Assembly (NCBI GenBank): GCA_038060895.1
Contig: JBBTCT010000001.1
Span: forward strand, 352,001-416,000
Direction of reading: 5' to 3'
DNA length: 64,000 nucleotides
Source: Planctomycetota bacterium
GTDB taxonomy: Bacteria > Planctomycetota > MHYJ01 > WSZJ01
The position numbers were made by a program, and so were the translations under genes. The notes beneath the pieces are model-generated. The model saw only the letters and a program-made list of their open reading frames with translations, was not told where the DNA came from and searched no databases. This document shows, piece after piece, positions 38,553-48,537 of the stretch; the stretch's first letter is position 1, and each line of letters starts with the position of its first letter.

Positions 38553-39455
38553 CTACCGATCCGCAGGAATGCGCCAGAGCTGCCGGCGCGCCGCACTTCT
38601 CACGAGCTCCGTGTCGGTTCCCTTCTCGATCGCCGCGAAGAAATCCCGCAGCCCCGCGTCGAGGTAATTCCCGGCGGCCTCAACGCACGCGGTGCGCACG
38701 GTGGGATCGAGGTCGCCCTGCGCGGACTCGCACAGCGTGTCCAGCGCGTCGGGGTCCAGGAGGTTTCCGAGGGAAGCGGCGGCCGCGAGGCGGACGGTCG
38801 GGGAAGCGTCAGTGCGAAGGGCGTTGCGAAGGAGCGGCATGGCGCGCTCGTCGCCGCTTCGCCCGACCATGTCGGCGGCGCAGGCGCGGACGGAGGAGTG
38901 TTCGTCAGAGGTGAAGAGGTCGAAGAAGAGCCAGCTGGTGCGGGAGCGTGCGGCGGGATTGGCGCCGAGGGCGCGGACGGCGGCGGCGCGGACGTCCTCG
39001 CGGAAGCGGCGGTCGAGGCAGCCGATGAGGGCGGGGACGGCGGAGGCGTCGTCGATACGGGCGAGCATGTCGATGGCGAGGAGGCGGAGGCCGAGGGGCT
39101 CGGCTTCGTTGTCGGCGAGGCTCGAGAGCGGGTCGACGGCGGCGGGGCCGAAGCGGACGGCGTCGTCGGAGAGGGAGCAGAGGGCGCGCCAGTCGCGATC
39201 CGGGCCGTCGAGCGCGGCGCGCACGCGGGCGAGGAGGGCGTTGACGCTGCGGACGTCGGAGGCGGCCGGGAGAGCGGCGGCAGGGCCCGGGCCGCTGGCG
39301 ACCGGCGAGGGGGGCGGGGCCATCGGCCGGCCGAAGCCCGCGAATGCCGAATCCTCCGGCGCGAGTTTCTCGGCGGCAAAGACCGTCCAGTAGGCGCCGG
39401 AGACGCAGGCGACCAGCAGGGCGGCGGAGACGATGGCGATTCGGAGCTTGAGCAT
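38553..39455 (-). CDS. Membrane-anchored HEAT-repeat protein
   Basis: N-terminal TM; repeats EDVRAAAVRALG, SSVRACAADMVG, PTVRLAAAASLG, PTVRTACVEAAG. Confidence 0.8.
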   Translation of the reverse strand: MLKLRIAIVSAALLVACVSGAYWTVFAAEKLAPEDSAFAGFGRPMAPPPSPVASGPGPAAALPAASDVRSVNALLARVRAALDGPDRDWRALCSLSDDAVRFGPAAVDPLSSLADNEAEPLGLRLLAIDMLARIDDASAVPALIGCLDRRFREDVRAAAVRALGANPAARSRTSWLFFDLFTSDEHSSVRACAADMVGRSGDERAMPLLRNALRTDASPTVRLAAAASLGNLLDPDALDTLCESAQGDLDPTVRTACVEAAGNYLDAGLRDFFAAIEKGTDTELVRSAARRQLWRIPADR

Positions 39456-39548
39456 GGGATCGAAAGGATTGTACGCCTCGGGCCGCCGTAGAGGAAACAC
39501 GAGTTACCGCCGTCCGGAGTCCCCGCCGAAGTTATGCTACACGCTCCC

Positions 39549-41723
39549 ATGCGCCTTCCCGCGTTCGCGACCCAGGCCCTTCGACGCCCCGCAGTGCGTG
39601 CGGTCGCCGCGGGCGCGACCATCCTCGCCGTCGGGGGCGCGGCCATCTGGAAAGGCCCGCGCCCGGCGCGCGCAACCTCAACCGTCGAGCTCGCCGCGCA
39701 CCACCTCCCCGCCGTCGTCGCAGCAGCCCTCCCCTCCCTCGACGCCGCCGCTTCCCCCAGCCCCGCCGCCGCGCTCTCCGACCCCGTCCTCCGGGTTGCG
39801 GTCGTTTCCATGGGCAACGCCTGGTGGCCCGGTCTCACGGGGAAGGACGAGCTGGAGCTCGCTGCCTACGAGGCGGCGGAGCCGGGGGGGGAACCGAAGC
39901 GCCGCAAGGCGTTCGTGACGCGGGCGCGTCTGGATGCGGCGGTGGACGAGGCGCGCGGGATGCTGGTGTCGGAAGCGCGGCCGGAGACGGCGGAGATTGC
40001 GCTCACGGCCACGAACCGGCGGGCGGATTTCGCGAAGACACTGGCTGACGCGGTGGCGAAGGCGTTCGCGGACTGGGCGGCCTTCGATGCGCGCGAGCGG
40101 GCGCGGCGCGCGGCGGACATGCTGCGCGAACGGCAGGACGCGGTGCTGAAGCGGCTGACGGAGGTGGAAGAGCGGATCCGGAAGCTGCAGCCGGACATCC
40201 TGCCGGACGAGATCATGGACCTGAAGCGGCCGGACATCCCGACGGCGATGGGGCGGCTGGCGGAGCTGGAGTCGAAGCTGTCGACGGCGGAGGCGGAGCT
40301 TCGCGACCTGTCGGCGAAGGTGAACGACCCGAACTTCACGTTCGTGGTGGACGTGGACCTCGACCCGACGGTGCAGGCGTACATTTCGGAGACGCTGCGC
40401 GCGCAGTCGCGGCTGTCGGAGCTCGAGCAGCGGCTTGGGGCCACGGACCCGCAGGTGAAGTCGGCGAAGGCCGAGGTGGACGGGCTTGGGCGGGAGCTCA
40501 AGGCGGCGCGCTCGGCAGCGGTTTCGACAATGTCGGCGAAGGAGCGCATGAAGACGATCGACCGGATCCGTGCGCTGAGCGAGCAGAAGGACTCGCTGAA
40601 GGCCGAGTTCGACGCACTGGACGCGCGAGTAAAAAAGGAACGCAAGGAGTGGGAGGACCTCGTCCAGCAGCGCGTCGCGGCGAAACGCGGCGCAGCCTCC
40701 CCTGAATTGTCCGCGCTCAGCGCCGAGGCCGAGGTCCAGCACCGCCTGTTCACCGACATCCTCACCGCCCGCCTCGCCGTCGAAGGCGCCCCGTCCGCCG
40801 CTTCCCCGGCGCGCGTCGCGGCCGCTGCCCGGCCCGTCTCGCCCGCCGGGCCGCCCGACTGGGCGCTCTGGTGCGGCGTCGCCGTGCTGGCGATCGGCGC
40901 TTCCGCCTTCGGTTTCCGCGGCGGGCGGCCGCGGGCGGCGGGGCTTCACGGGAAGATCCGCACGGAGCACGACCTGCACAAGGCGCTCAAGTTCCCGATC
41001 CTCGGGTGCACGCCGAGGGCGGACCAGGGGCAGCTCATCCTGCACCACATCGACGCGCGCCACCCGCACGCCGAGGCCTACAACACGGTCGCCGCGCTCG
41101 TCGAAAGCTACGCCGCCGACCACGCGGCGCGGACCTTCATGATCACGAGCGCTTCCCCCGGCGACGGCAAGACCACGCTCGCCGCGAACCTCGGCATCGC
41201 CCTCGCCCGCTCAGGCCAGCGCGTCATCCTCATCGACGCCGACCTCCGCACCGGCCGCCTCCACGAAATCTTCGGCGCGTCGAACGAACGCGGCACGAGC
41301 GAAGCGGGCTGGGACGCGACCGGGCAGCCGATCATCGTCGAGGTCGACGCGCTCCTGAAAGACACCACCGAGCCGGGACTGCGCCTCATCCCCAGCGGTC
41401 CCCCGCCTCCCAACCCGGTGGCGTTGCTCAAGGGAAGCGCCTTCAAGGCGATGCTCGCGGAGGCAGCGCAGAAAGCCGACTACATCCTCCTCGACGTCCC
41501 TCCCGTGCTCGCGGCCGTCGATCCGCTGCTCCTGACCGCAGCCGCCGACGGGATCCTTTTCGTCGCGGCGGCGGGCGAAACGAAACGCGAAGACGTCGTG
41601 TACGCCAAGAAACTGCTCGAGAACACGCACGGGCGCTTCGCGGGAGGCGTGCTCACGAAGGCGACGGCGGAGGCGCGGGAGATCCCCGCGATGGAGTTCG
41701 AGGCGGAAGGGAAACAGACGTAG
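39549..41723 (+). CDS. Wzc/CpsCD-like protein (coiled-coil plus BY-kinase-like P-loop domain), no Tyr cluster
   Basis: AEAY, ITSASPGDGKTT, ILIDADLR, SGP.PPNP, ILLDVPP; two hydrophobic segments around a coiled-coil region. Confidence 0.85.
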   Translation: MRLPAFATQALRRPAVRAVAAGATILAVGGAAIWKGPRPARATSTVELAAHHLPAVVAAALPSLDAAASPSPAAALSDPVLRVAVVSMGNAWWPGLTGKDELELAAYEAAEPGGEPKRRKAFVTRARLDAAVDEARGMLVSEARPETAEIALTATNRRADFAKTLADAVAKAFADWAAFDARERARRAADMLRERQDAVLKRLTEVEERIRKLQPDILPDEIMDLKRPDIPTAMGRLAELESKLSTAEAELRDLSAKVNDPNFTFVVDVDLDPTVQAYISETLRAQSRLSELEQRLGATDPQVKSAKAEVDGLGRELKAARSAAVSTMSAKERMKTIDRIRALSEQKDSLKAEFDALDARVKKERKEWEDLVQQRVAAKRGAASPELSALSAEAEVQHRLFTDILTARLAVEGAPSAASPARVAAAARPVSPAGPPDWALWCGVAVLAIGASAFGFRGGRPRAAGLHGKIRTEHDLHKALKFPILGCTPRADQGQLILHHIDARHPHAEAYNTVAALVESYAADHAARTFMITSASPGDGKTTLAANLGIALARSGQRVILIDADLRTGRLHEIFGASNERGTSEAGWDATGQPIIVEVDALLKDTTEPGLRLIPSGPPPPNPVALLKGSAFKAMLAEAAQKADYILLDVPPVLAAVDPLLLTAAADGILFVAAAGETKREDVVYAKKLLENTHGRFAGGVLTKATAEAREIPAMEFEAEGKQT

Positions 41724-41728
41724 GGGCC

Positions 41729-44341
41729 ATGCGCCACTTCGCTTCCATCTCGCTGGTCCTGCTGCTGTCGCTTCCGGCGAACGCGGACCGTGCCGCCGCG
41801 CAATCCGCGGTCGCGGACGGCGACGCGCGAGCGGGGCGTGGAGATTTCACGGGGGCGGAGGCGGCGTACACGCGAGCGATCGAAGCGGATCCGTCGTGGG
41901 CGGACGCCTGGGGCAAGCGCGGGGACGCGCGTTCGTCCGGCGCGCTGGGTCCTTCGTGCATCGAGGACTACAACCAGGCGGTCGCGCTCGACCCGAACAG
42001 CTGGCTCTGGCGGCTTATGCGGTCTCAGGCCTACCTGATGTACGACCGGCCGCTGGCGGCGCTGGAAGACCTGGACGGGCTCCTGAAAAAGACGCCGGGG
42101 TACACCGACGCGATGACGATGCGCGGGATCGCGCTCATCCTGTCGGGGGACGTCGATGCGGGGCTCGCGGAGCAGACGCGCGCTCTTGAAAAAGATAACA
42201 ACGACCCCCGGCTGCGGCTTCGCGGCGAAGGGCTCGCCCGGAAAGGCGACTGGGCGGGGCTCATCGCGGAAATCGACGCGCGCCGCGCGGCCGGCATCGT
42301 CCAGATGGCCGACGTGTACTACCGCGTGGTCGCCCTGACCGAGTCGGGACGCTACGACGATGCCTGGGCCGCCGCGCAGGCCGTGCAGGCGCAAGACCGC
42401 GGCGTCGCAGCCTCGTGCCGCCTCTACCTCGTCTCCACCCCGCAGGCCGGCGCTCACTTCAAGCCCGACCTCGCCGAGCAGGACCTCGCCAGCCTCTCCG
42501 CTTCGAAATTCGACTCAAACCAGATCGCCAACCAGGGCCGCGCCCTCCTCCTGATCGGCCGCGCCAGGGACGCGCTCGACCTGCTCGGCATCCGCGGCCG
42601 CCGGTCGCATTTCGGCACCGCCCTCTGGACGGGCGCCGCCTACTGGAAACTGGGGCAATTCGCCGAAGCGCGCGGCGTGCTGCGCGACGCGTTCCGCCTC
42701 AACCCGTATCTCGAGAAACACGCGGGGCGGATCGAAGGATTCGCCGAGTTCGTGGCGTCGGTGAAGGCCGAGCTGAAGGGCGAGGGGCAGGCGGACCGCG
42801 CGGCGCTGGGGCACGAGCTCGCGACGCACCTCTTGACGATCGCGGAGATCGAGGGACTCGTGCGCAATTACCGCTTCCAGCGCGCGGCCGACGAGTACGC
42901 GCTGCTCCAGAAGAACGTCGCGTCGCAGACGCGAAGGGCCGAGATCGACGCGCGCCTCCCGGAAGTTCGCGGCATGGCCGGGGCGCTCGCGAAGATCGTG
43001 GCGGCCGTGAACAAGGCGGGCGGCAAGACGAAGGTCAAGGTCAGCGCGACCGAGCTCACGCTCACGAAAGCCGACGACCTCGCATTCGATTTCACCATCC
43101 CGAAGGGCAACGGCCGCTTCCCCTGGGCCGCGCTCGACGCCGCCGCGTTCTGCGCGCTCGCGCTCGACGCCGACCCGACGCCCGAGGAGCGCCTTGGCCT
43201 AGGCTGCCTGGCGTGGGACGCGGGCGAGCGCGAGCTGGCGGTGAAGATCTTCGAGGAAGCCGTGAAAAAGAAGGCCGCGATCAAGCCCGCGGTCGCGGTT
43301 TTCGTGGCGCGGAGGCGCGGGATCGCGGCGCCGAAGGACGGGTTTGTGCTGTGGAAGGGTCAATACGCGACGGCCGAGGAGAAGGCGAACTACGACAAGG
43401 GGCTCGTGCTGTTCGAAGGCGCGTGGGTCACGCCGAAGGACCGCGAGCAGCTCGCGAAAGGCATGACGAAGGTCGGCGACAAGTGGGTGAGCGGCGACGA
43501 GGCCGCGCTCCTGAAGAAGGGGTTTCGCAAACACAAGGGGCAGTGGATGTCGCGCGAGGACCTCGATGCCCTGAGGTCAAAGTGGGACGAAGCGTGGACC
43601 GAGGAAACCGCCCACTACAGGATCCGCACGAACGAAGGCGAGGCGTTCGCGAAGGAACTCGCGCTCCTCGTCGAGCCGGCGTACGCCGCGCTCCGCGAGT
43701 TCTACGGCGAAGAACCAAAGCTCCCCGGCGGCGAAAGGATGGAGCTCTTCGCGTTCCGCACCTTCGAGGACTACCGCCGCTACTGCCTCGAGAAAAAGGC
43801 GGAGGGCCAGCTCAACGCGGCCGGCTTCGCGTCGAGCGACTCCAACACTGTCGCCGGCTGGAACCGCACGCACAACCAGCAGCAGTTCCTGCAGACCATG
43901 ACGCACGAGGCCGCGCACCTCTTCTGGTTCCGCGTAGCCCCGGGCGCGAAAGCCCCGTCCTGGTTTGCCGAGGGCATGGCGTCCGCGTTCGAAGGCTTCA
44001 CCTGGGACGGCAAGACCTACACCTTCAACTTCGTCAGCGAGTCCCGCCTCCCCTTCGCCCGCGACGCCATGAAAGCCGGCCGCCACCTCCCGCTCGCCGA
44101 AGTCATCGCCGGCGACGCGCTCACCCTGATCAACAACGACCCGCAGAAGGCGCTGCTCTTCTACGCCGAATGCTGGTCGCTGAACTACTTCCTCACGCGC
44201 ACGCCCAGCAAGCCCTACCGGGATGCCTACGCCGAGTACCGCAAGGCGATTGCGAAGGGCGGCTCGGACCAGCTCACGAAGTTCTTCCCCGACGCGGCGA
44301 AGCTGGAGCGGGACTGGGTGGAGTTTGTGAAGGGGATGTAA
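41729..44341 (+). CDS. Secreted TPR plus DUF1570-like gluzincin
   Basis: Signal peptide, TPRs, G.V...G.W repeats, THEAAH...WFAEGMA, FYAECWSLNYFL. Confidence 0.82.
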   Translation: MRHFASISLVLLLSLPANADRAAAQSAVADGDARAGRGDFTGAEAAYTRAIEADPSWADAWGKRGDARSSGALGPSCIEDYNQAVALDPNSWLWRLMRSQAYLMYDRPLAALEDLDGLLKKTPGYTDAMTMRGIALILSGDVDAGLAEQTRALEKDNNDPRLRLRGEGLARKGDWAGLIAEIDARRAAGIVQMADVYYRVVALTESGRYDDAWAAAQAVQAQDRGVAASCRLYLVSTPQAGAHFKPDLAEQDLASLSASKFDSNQIANQGRALLLIGRARDALDLLGIRGRRSHFGTALWTGAAYWKLGQFAEARGVLRDAFRLNPYLEKHAGRIEGFAEFVASVKAELKGEGQADRAALGHELATHLLTIAEIEGLVRNYRFQRAADEYALLQKNVASQTRRAEIDARLPEVRGMAGALAKIVAAVNKAGGKTKVKVSATELTLTKADDLAFDFTIPKGNGRFPWAALDAAAFCALALDADPTPEERLGLGCLAWDAGERELAVKIFEEAVKKKAAIKPAVAVFVARRRGIAAPKDGFVLWKGQYATAEEKANYDKGLVLFEGAWVTPKDREQLAKGMTKVGDKWVSGDEAALLKKGFRKHKGQWMSREDLDALRSKWDEAWTEETAHYRIRTNEGEAFAKELALLVEPAYAALREFYGEEPKLPGGERMELFAFRTFEDYRRYCLEKKAEGQLNAAGFASSDSNTVAGWNRTHNQQQFLQTMTHEAAHLFWFRVAPGAKAPSWFAEGMASAFEGFTWDGKTYTFNFVSESRLPFARDAMKAGRHLPLAEVIAGDALTLINNDPQKALLFYAECWSLNYFLTRTPSKPYRDAYAEYRKAIAKGGSDQLTKFFPDAAKLERDWVEFVKGM

Positions 44342-44360
44342 CCAGGAAACTCCTGGAGCC

Positions 44361-45965
44361 TCATTTCAGTTCAAGAAACCGCACTTCCCCCTTCGAATCA
44401 CCCACGACAACCGTCTTTCCGTCGCGACTTAGGGCAACGGCCGTTCCATCGCCTACGGCGCGGACCAGTTCCGCCTTCGTCTCCTTGCCAAGAAGCTGGA
44501 ATACGACCGCCTTGCCTCCAGCGACGGTTGCGACGCGGCCGGTTTCGGATGCCGAGAAAACCAGCCGGTCGTCCCGAGCACCAGCAGCCTTGCGGCCAAA
44601 CTCGCCCAGGTTCAGCGGTTCACGTGTCTCACGACTCCAGCCGACGGTGGAACGATCTGCGAGAATGGCAAGCACCGTCTGTGGATTCGAGCAGAGCGCG
44701 ATGTGCGTCGCGCCGGAGCCGCCATCGCCGAACTCCTCGAGCAGATCGCCCGTCACTGTTCCGTAAAGCTGGATCGGCCTTTCCGCGAAGGTGGCAACCG
44801 CGATCATTTTGCCGTCGACGCTCATGCACACATCGTTCGCCCCGCGGGCGCCGGTCCACCGCGACCAGATCAGCCGCGAGTTATGAACATCCCAAACGTG
44901 GACGTACCCCTTCGAATCGACGGCGGCGGCCCACTTCCCTTCTGGTCCGACGGCCACCCCCAAAACCGCGCCGTGCGCATCCTCGAAGACCGCCACCCGC
45001 CTGCGGGCCGCAACATCCCAGACCCATATGCGATGGTTGAAATCGGAGGCGGCGATATGGGACCCCGACGGCGAGATCGCCACTGAGGACGCCGAGTCGG
45101 CGCCACGCGCGACGCCACTGGGCAGATTTGAGACCTTGCGCCAAAGCCGGACCCTTCTGGCTCGATCGCAAGACACGACGAGGGATCCGTCATCACAGAC
45201 GGCGAGATCCAGGATCGTCGGCTCCGCGTCACTCTCTGGATCGTTCGAGTCCGGCTCCCACTCCTGGAAGCCGCCGTTCGGCGGGCGGGGGATCAGGGCG
45301 TCTACCGGCTGCGGAGCGTAGATATCCAGACTTCGGCCGCTGGCGAGATCGAGACCGATCTGCGTCGTTTCGCCAGCCACGGCGACGACGACTCGCTCGA
45401 CGACCTGGCCATTGGATTCGAACAGAAGCTTGTGCTTGCCCGGCGGCACTTTCCAGACACAGAGCCAGCGCCGCGTCTTCAGGAAGTCGTCCCAATCCAG
45501 CGTCGGGCAGTGGATACGGCAGCTCTTCGGCTCAGTCAGGATCACCATCGCCGCGAATGGCTCGAGCGAGGCGACCAGGGGTCTCTCGGCGAACGAATGT
45601 GAGATCATCGGCGGACCGAAGGAGGGGATTCGCCGCAGAACGACTCCGCCTGCCGGCACCTCAAGGTCCTCAACATACGCCTGCAGATGTGGTACGGCGA
45701 CCCGGAGGCGATGAGTGCCGGGAACGACTTCTGCGATTCGAGTCTCGCCGCCCGCCGAAGGAATCACTCCCCGCAGCACCTGGTCGAGGTAGACCGATGC
45801 GCCGGGTGCGGACTCAACCACGATGGTTCCCGTTTCGACCGTCTCCGGGCTCGGGTTCGCAACCTTCTCTTCGCGAGCCGAAGGCCGGTGGTCCGCGGAA
45901 TAAGGCGCAACTAGGACGCCTGCGAACGCCGCAATGGCGAGCACGGGCACAAGGATCCTACGCAT
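44361..45965 (-). CDS. Secreted PEGA-like plus WD40 repeat protein
   Basis: VESAPGASVYLD...VVPGTHRLRV; VAISPSG..IAA...IWVWD; VHVWD. Confidence 0.8.
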   Translation of the reverse strand: MRRILVPVLAIAAFAGVLVAPYSADHRPSAREEKVANPSPETVETGTIVVESAPGASVYLDQVLRGVIPSAGGETRIAEVVPGTHRLRVAVPHLQAYVEDLEVPAGGVVLRRIPSFGPPMISHSFAERPLVASLEPFAAMVILTEPKSCRIHCPTLDWDDFLKTRRWLCVWKVPPGKHKLLFESNGQVVERVVVAVAGETTQIGLDLASGRSLDIYAPQPVDALIPRPPNGGFQEWEPDSNDPESDAEPTILDLAVCDDGSLVVSCDRARRVRLWRKVSNLPSGVARGADSASSVAISPSGSHIAASDFNHRIWVWDVAARRRVAVFEDAHGAVLGVAVGPEGKWAAAVDSKGYVHVWDVHNSRLIWSRWTGARGANDVCMSVDGKMIAVATFAERPIQLYGTVTGDLLEEFGDGGSGATHIALCSNPQTVLAILADRSTVGWSRETREPLNLGEFGRKAAGARDDRLVFSASETGRVATVAGGKAVVFQLLGKETKAELVRAVGDGTAVALSRDGKTVVVGDSKGEVRFLELK

Positions 45966-46022
45966 ATGAAGTCAGTGTACTCCGACCCGTGCCCCGAGAT
46001 TTCCGCGCGATTTTCGACCAAT

Positions 46023-46053
46023 AAAAAAGGGCCGCCCTCGCAGGCGGCCCTTT
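46023..46053 (-). terminator. Intrinsic terminator
   Basis: AAAAAAGGGCCGCC-CTCGCA-GGCGGCCCTTT. Confidence 0.8.
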
Positions 46054-46078
46054 GTCACTCACCACTCAAAACTCCCGA

Positions 46079-47278
46079 CTACCTTCCCGACGTCGTCTTC
46101 GGCACCACCGGCTTCGTCGCCCTGCGCAAGAACAGGATCGCAAAGCAGGTGTCGGTCACCGGGCTGGGGCCGCCCATGCCGGCCGCGCCGGGCGACTTCC
46201 ACATCCCGCTCGCTTCCTGCTTCGCCAGCAGGTACTTCGCGCCGACCTGGTACCAGTCGTGGCGGCCGATGATCTCGAACTCACCGAGCATCCCGACGCG
46301 CTCGAGGGCGTACAGGTAGTAGTAGTGCCACGTGTACTTGTCGCCGGTCGGGACGGAGGCCGTCGCTTTCACCTTCTCGTACGCGGCGTTTTCCTCGACC
46401 GTGAAGTTCTCCGCGATCCACTTCAGCGCGTCCTTGACCGACTTGTCCGTCTTGAAGTCCTCTTTCGCGCCGTAGTGCGCCTTGAGGTAGTACTTGCAGA
46501 TCACCAGCGAGCCCGCGCATCCCGCGGTCATCGAGCCGTAGCCGGGGTTCTTGTTCACCGTCACCTTCGGGCCACCCTTTTTCGGATCGACGCCGCCGTT
46601 GTCGAAGTAGTAGGCATACCCCCAGCTCCCCTTCAGGTCCTGCGCCTCTTCCAGAATCTTCAGCGCTTCCGCCCACGTTTCCTTCGGGATCATGACCTCG
46701 GCAACCGCGCAGGAGCGCAGCCCGAGGATCGCGTACTGCGTGTTCGAATGGTCGCCCTTCGGCGGGCCCCGCCGGTTGCGCTTGATCGGAACCCTCTTCA
46801 CCGTCGTCGTCCCGCCCGACCGCGCACCGCCGACCGAACCACCGCTTCCGACGTCCGGCGGCTTCTCGACCCCCGCCATCGGCTCGCCGTACGACCACTG
46901 GCCGTTCTCGCACTGGTTGTCCACCAGGAACTGGGCGCACTCCGCGATCCTCTTCTGGTTCGCGACCCGGTCGTAGGCCTCCAGGAACATCGCCGTCAGC
47001 GCGACGTTGTAGGTCTTCTCCAGCGTTCTTTCCTGCATGGACTTGACGCCGTCCAGGAAGCGCTTGTCGTCGCGCGGGAAGGTGCCGCTGTGGAAGAGCG
47101 TGTACATGACGAGTTCGAAGTGTTCGCCGCCGAAGCCGCCGTTGCCTGCGAGGAAGTTGGCGCCTTTGTCGATGGCAGCATCGACGTCCTTCTGGTCGAC
47201 CTTTCCGCCGGCAGCGCCTTGGGCGAGGGCGGGAGCGGAAGCGAGGGCAAGGAAGAGGGCGATTCCGGCGAAGCGCAT
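46079..47278 (-). CDS. Secreted prenyltransferase/squalene-cyclase-repeat (alpha/alpha barrel) protein
   Basis: QW-like repeats NQCENGQWSY, AQDLKGSWGY, KQEASGMW; DHSNTQYAILGL; YYYLYALERVG. Confidence 0.8.
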   Translation of the reverse strand: MRFAGIALFLALASAPALAQGAAGGKVDQKDVDAAIDKGANFLAGNGGFGGEHFELVMYTLFHSGTFPRDDKRFLDGVKSMQERTLEKTYNVALTAMFLEAYDRVANQKRIAECAQFLVDNQCENGQWSYGEPMAGVEKPPDVGSGGSVGGARSGGTTTVKRVPIKRNRRGPPKGDHSNTQYAILGLRSCAVAEVMIPKETWAEALKILEEAQDLKGSWGYAYYFDNGGVDPKKGGPKVTVNKNPGYGSMTAGCAGSLVICKYYLKAHYGAKEDFKTDKSVKDALKWIAENFTVEENAAYEKVKATASVPTGDKYTWHYYYLYALERVGMLGEFEIIGRHDWYQVGAKYLLAKQEASGMWKSPGAAGMGGPSPVTDTCFAILFLRRATKPVVPKTTSGR

Positions 47279-47369
47279 GGAGTCCTCCAGCGAGGGGGGA
47301 GAAGAGCCTTAAATTCTAGCGGGTGGGGGGGGGAATGGGGCAACAAATTGGGGGCGGGCGGGCAAGGAC

Positions 47370-47450
47370 AAATCCCAACTCCAACCCCAATCTCAAACGA
47401 CGCCGGGCGTGGCCGTTTTGGGGTTGGGGTTGGAGTTGGGGTTGGGATTT
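47370..47450. repeat. Inverted hexamer arrays (CCAACY / RGTTGG)
   Basis: AAATCCCAACTCCAACCCCAATCTCAAACGAC...GCCGTTTTGGGGTTGGGGTTGGAGTTGGGGTTGGGATTT. Confidence 0.8.
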
Positions 47451-47468
47451 TCCTGTGCCGTTCCCCCC

Positions 47469-48458
47469 CTACTTGCTCCACAGGTTGTACTTCAGGATGC
47501 ACCACAACGCCCTGATCCCATCCTTCAGTCCGATTTTCTTCCCCTGCTTCCAGCTACGCGGGTGATACGTGATCGGGACCTCGTAGATCCTCACCCCCAT
47601 CCGGGCAATCTTCGCCGTGATCTCCGGCTCGAATCCGAACCGGTTCTCCTTCAGCTTCACCTTCTGCAGAATCTCCCGCCGGACCATCTTGTAGCAGGTC
47701 TCCATGTCCGTCAGGTTCAGGTCGCTGAACATGTTCGACATCCGCGTGATCATCCGGTTCACGAACGTGTGCCAGAACTTCAGCACTGGGCGGTTCTCGC
47801 GGGGGGCGAAGCGGCTCCCGTAGACGACGTCGGCGCGCCCCTCGGCGATGAGCGCGAACATCTTCTTCCATTCCTGCGGGTCGTATTCGAGGTCGGCGTC
47901 CTGCACGACCACCACGTCCCCCGTCGCGCTCTGAAACCCGGTGCGCAGCGCGGCGCCCTTGCCGCGGTTCTTGTCGTGAAGGACGAGCTTGTCGAAGAGG
48001 CCCTTCAGCTCCCCGTTCAGAAGGTCGCGCGTCCCGTCCTTGGAGAAGTCGTCGACGACAATGATCTCCTTGGGAAGATCGACTTTGCGCACCGCCTCGA
48101 GAATGTCGCGGATCGACTTCTTCTCGTTGTAGCACGGGATGACGACGGTGAGCTTCATCGGGCCGGCAGGGACCTTGACCGCGGGCGGTGCGTCGCTGAC
48201 GACGTCCAGCTCGCGAAGGCTGAAATTCGCTTCATCGACCGCGGGAGTCGTGAAGTCCTTCTCTGAGTCGAAGGCGCGAGGCTCGGCGTTCGCGGGGGCG
48301 AAATCCGCGAGAGACAGCTCCTGCGGCCCCGGGGCGACCGGCGGAACGTACGCGGGGGTCCCCTTCTCCGGCGTCGGCTCCCCGAACGCGGCCTCCCCCG
48401 GGGATGCGGGCTTGTCCGATCCGGGCGGGGGGGACGCAGGCGGGGGCGCTTCGGCCAT
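47469..48458 (-). CDS. Glycosyltransferase family 2 (DPM1-like) with a Pro-rich N-terminal extension
   Basis: VVIPCYNE, VVDDFSKDGT, NRGKGAA, QDADLEYDP, VYGSRF, DMETCYK, FGFEPE. Confidence 0.92.
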   Translation of the reverse strand: MAEAPPPASPPPGSDKPASPGEAAFGEPTPEKGTPAYVPPVAPGPQELSLADFAPANAEPRAFDSEKDFTTPAVDEANFSLRELDVVSDAPPAVKVPAGPMKLTVVIPCYNEKKSIRDILEAVRKVDLPKEIIVVDDFSKDGTRDLLNGELKGLFDKLVLHDKNRGKGAALRTGFQSATGDVVVVQDADLEYDPQEWKKMFALIAEGRADVVYGSRFAPRENRPVLKFWHTFVNRMITRMSNMFSDLNLTDMETCYKMVRREILQKVKLKENRFGFEPEITAKIARMGVRIYEVPITYHPRSWKQGKKIGLKDGIRALWCILKYNLWSK

Positions 48459-48537
48459 TGCAACGATCGATTCTACGGATCACACGGGCAATCCGAAATG
48501 CCTATGTCCGGGCACCGGGTGTGGTAGAAGAACACCG

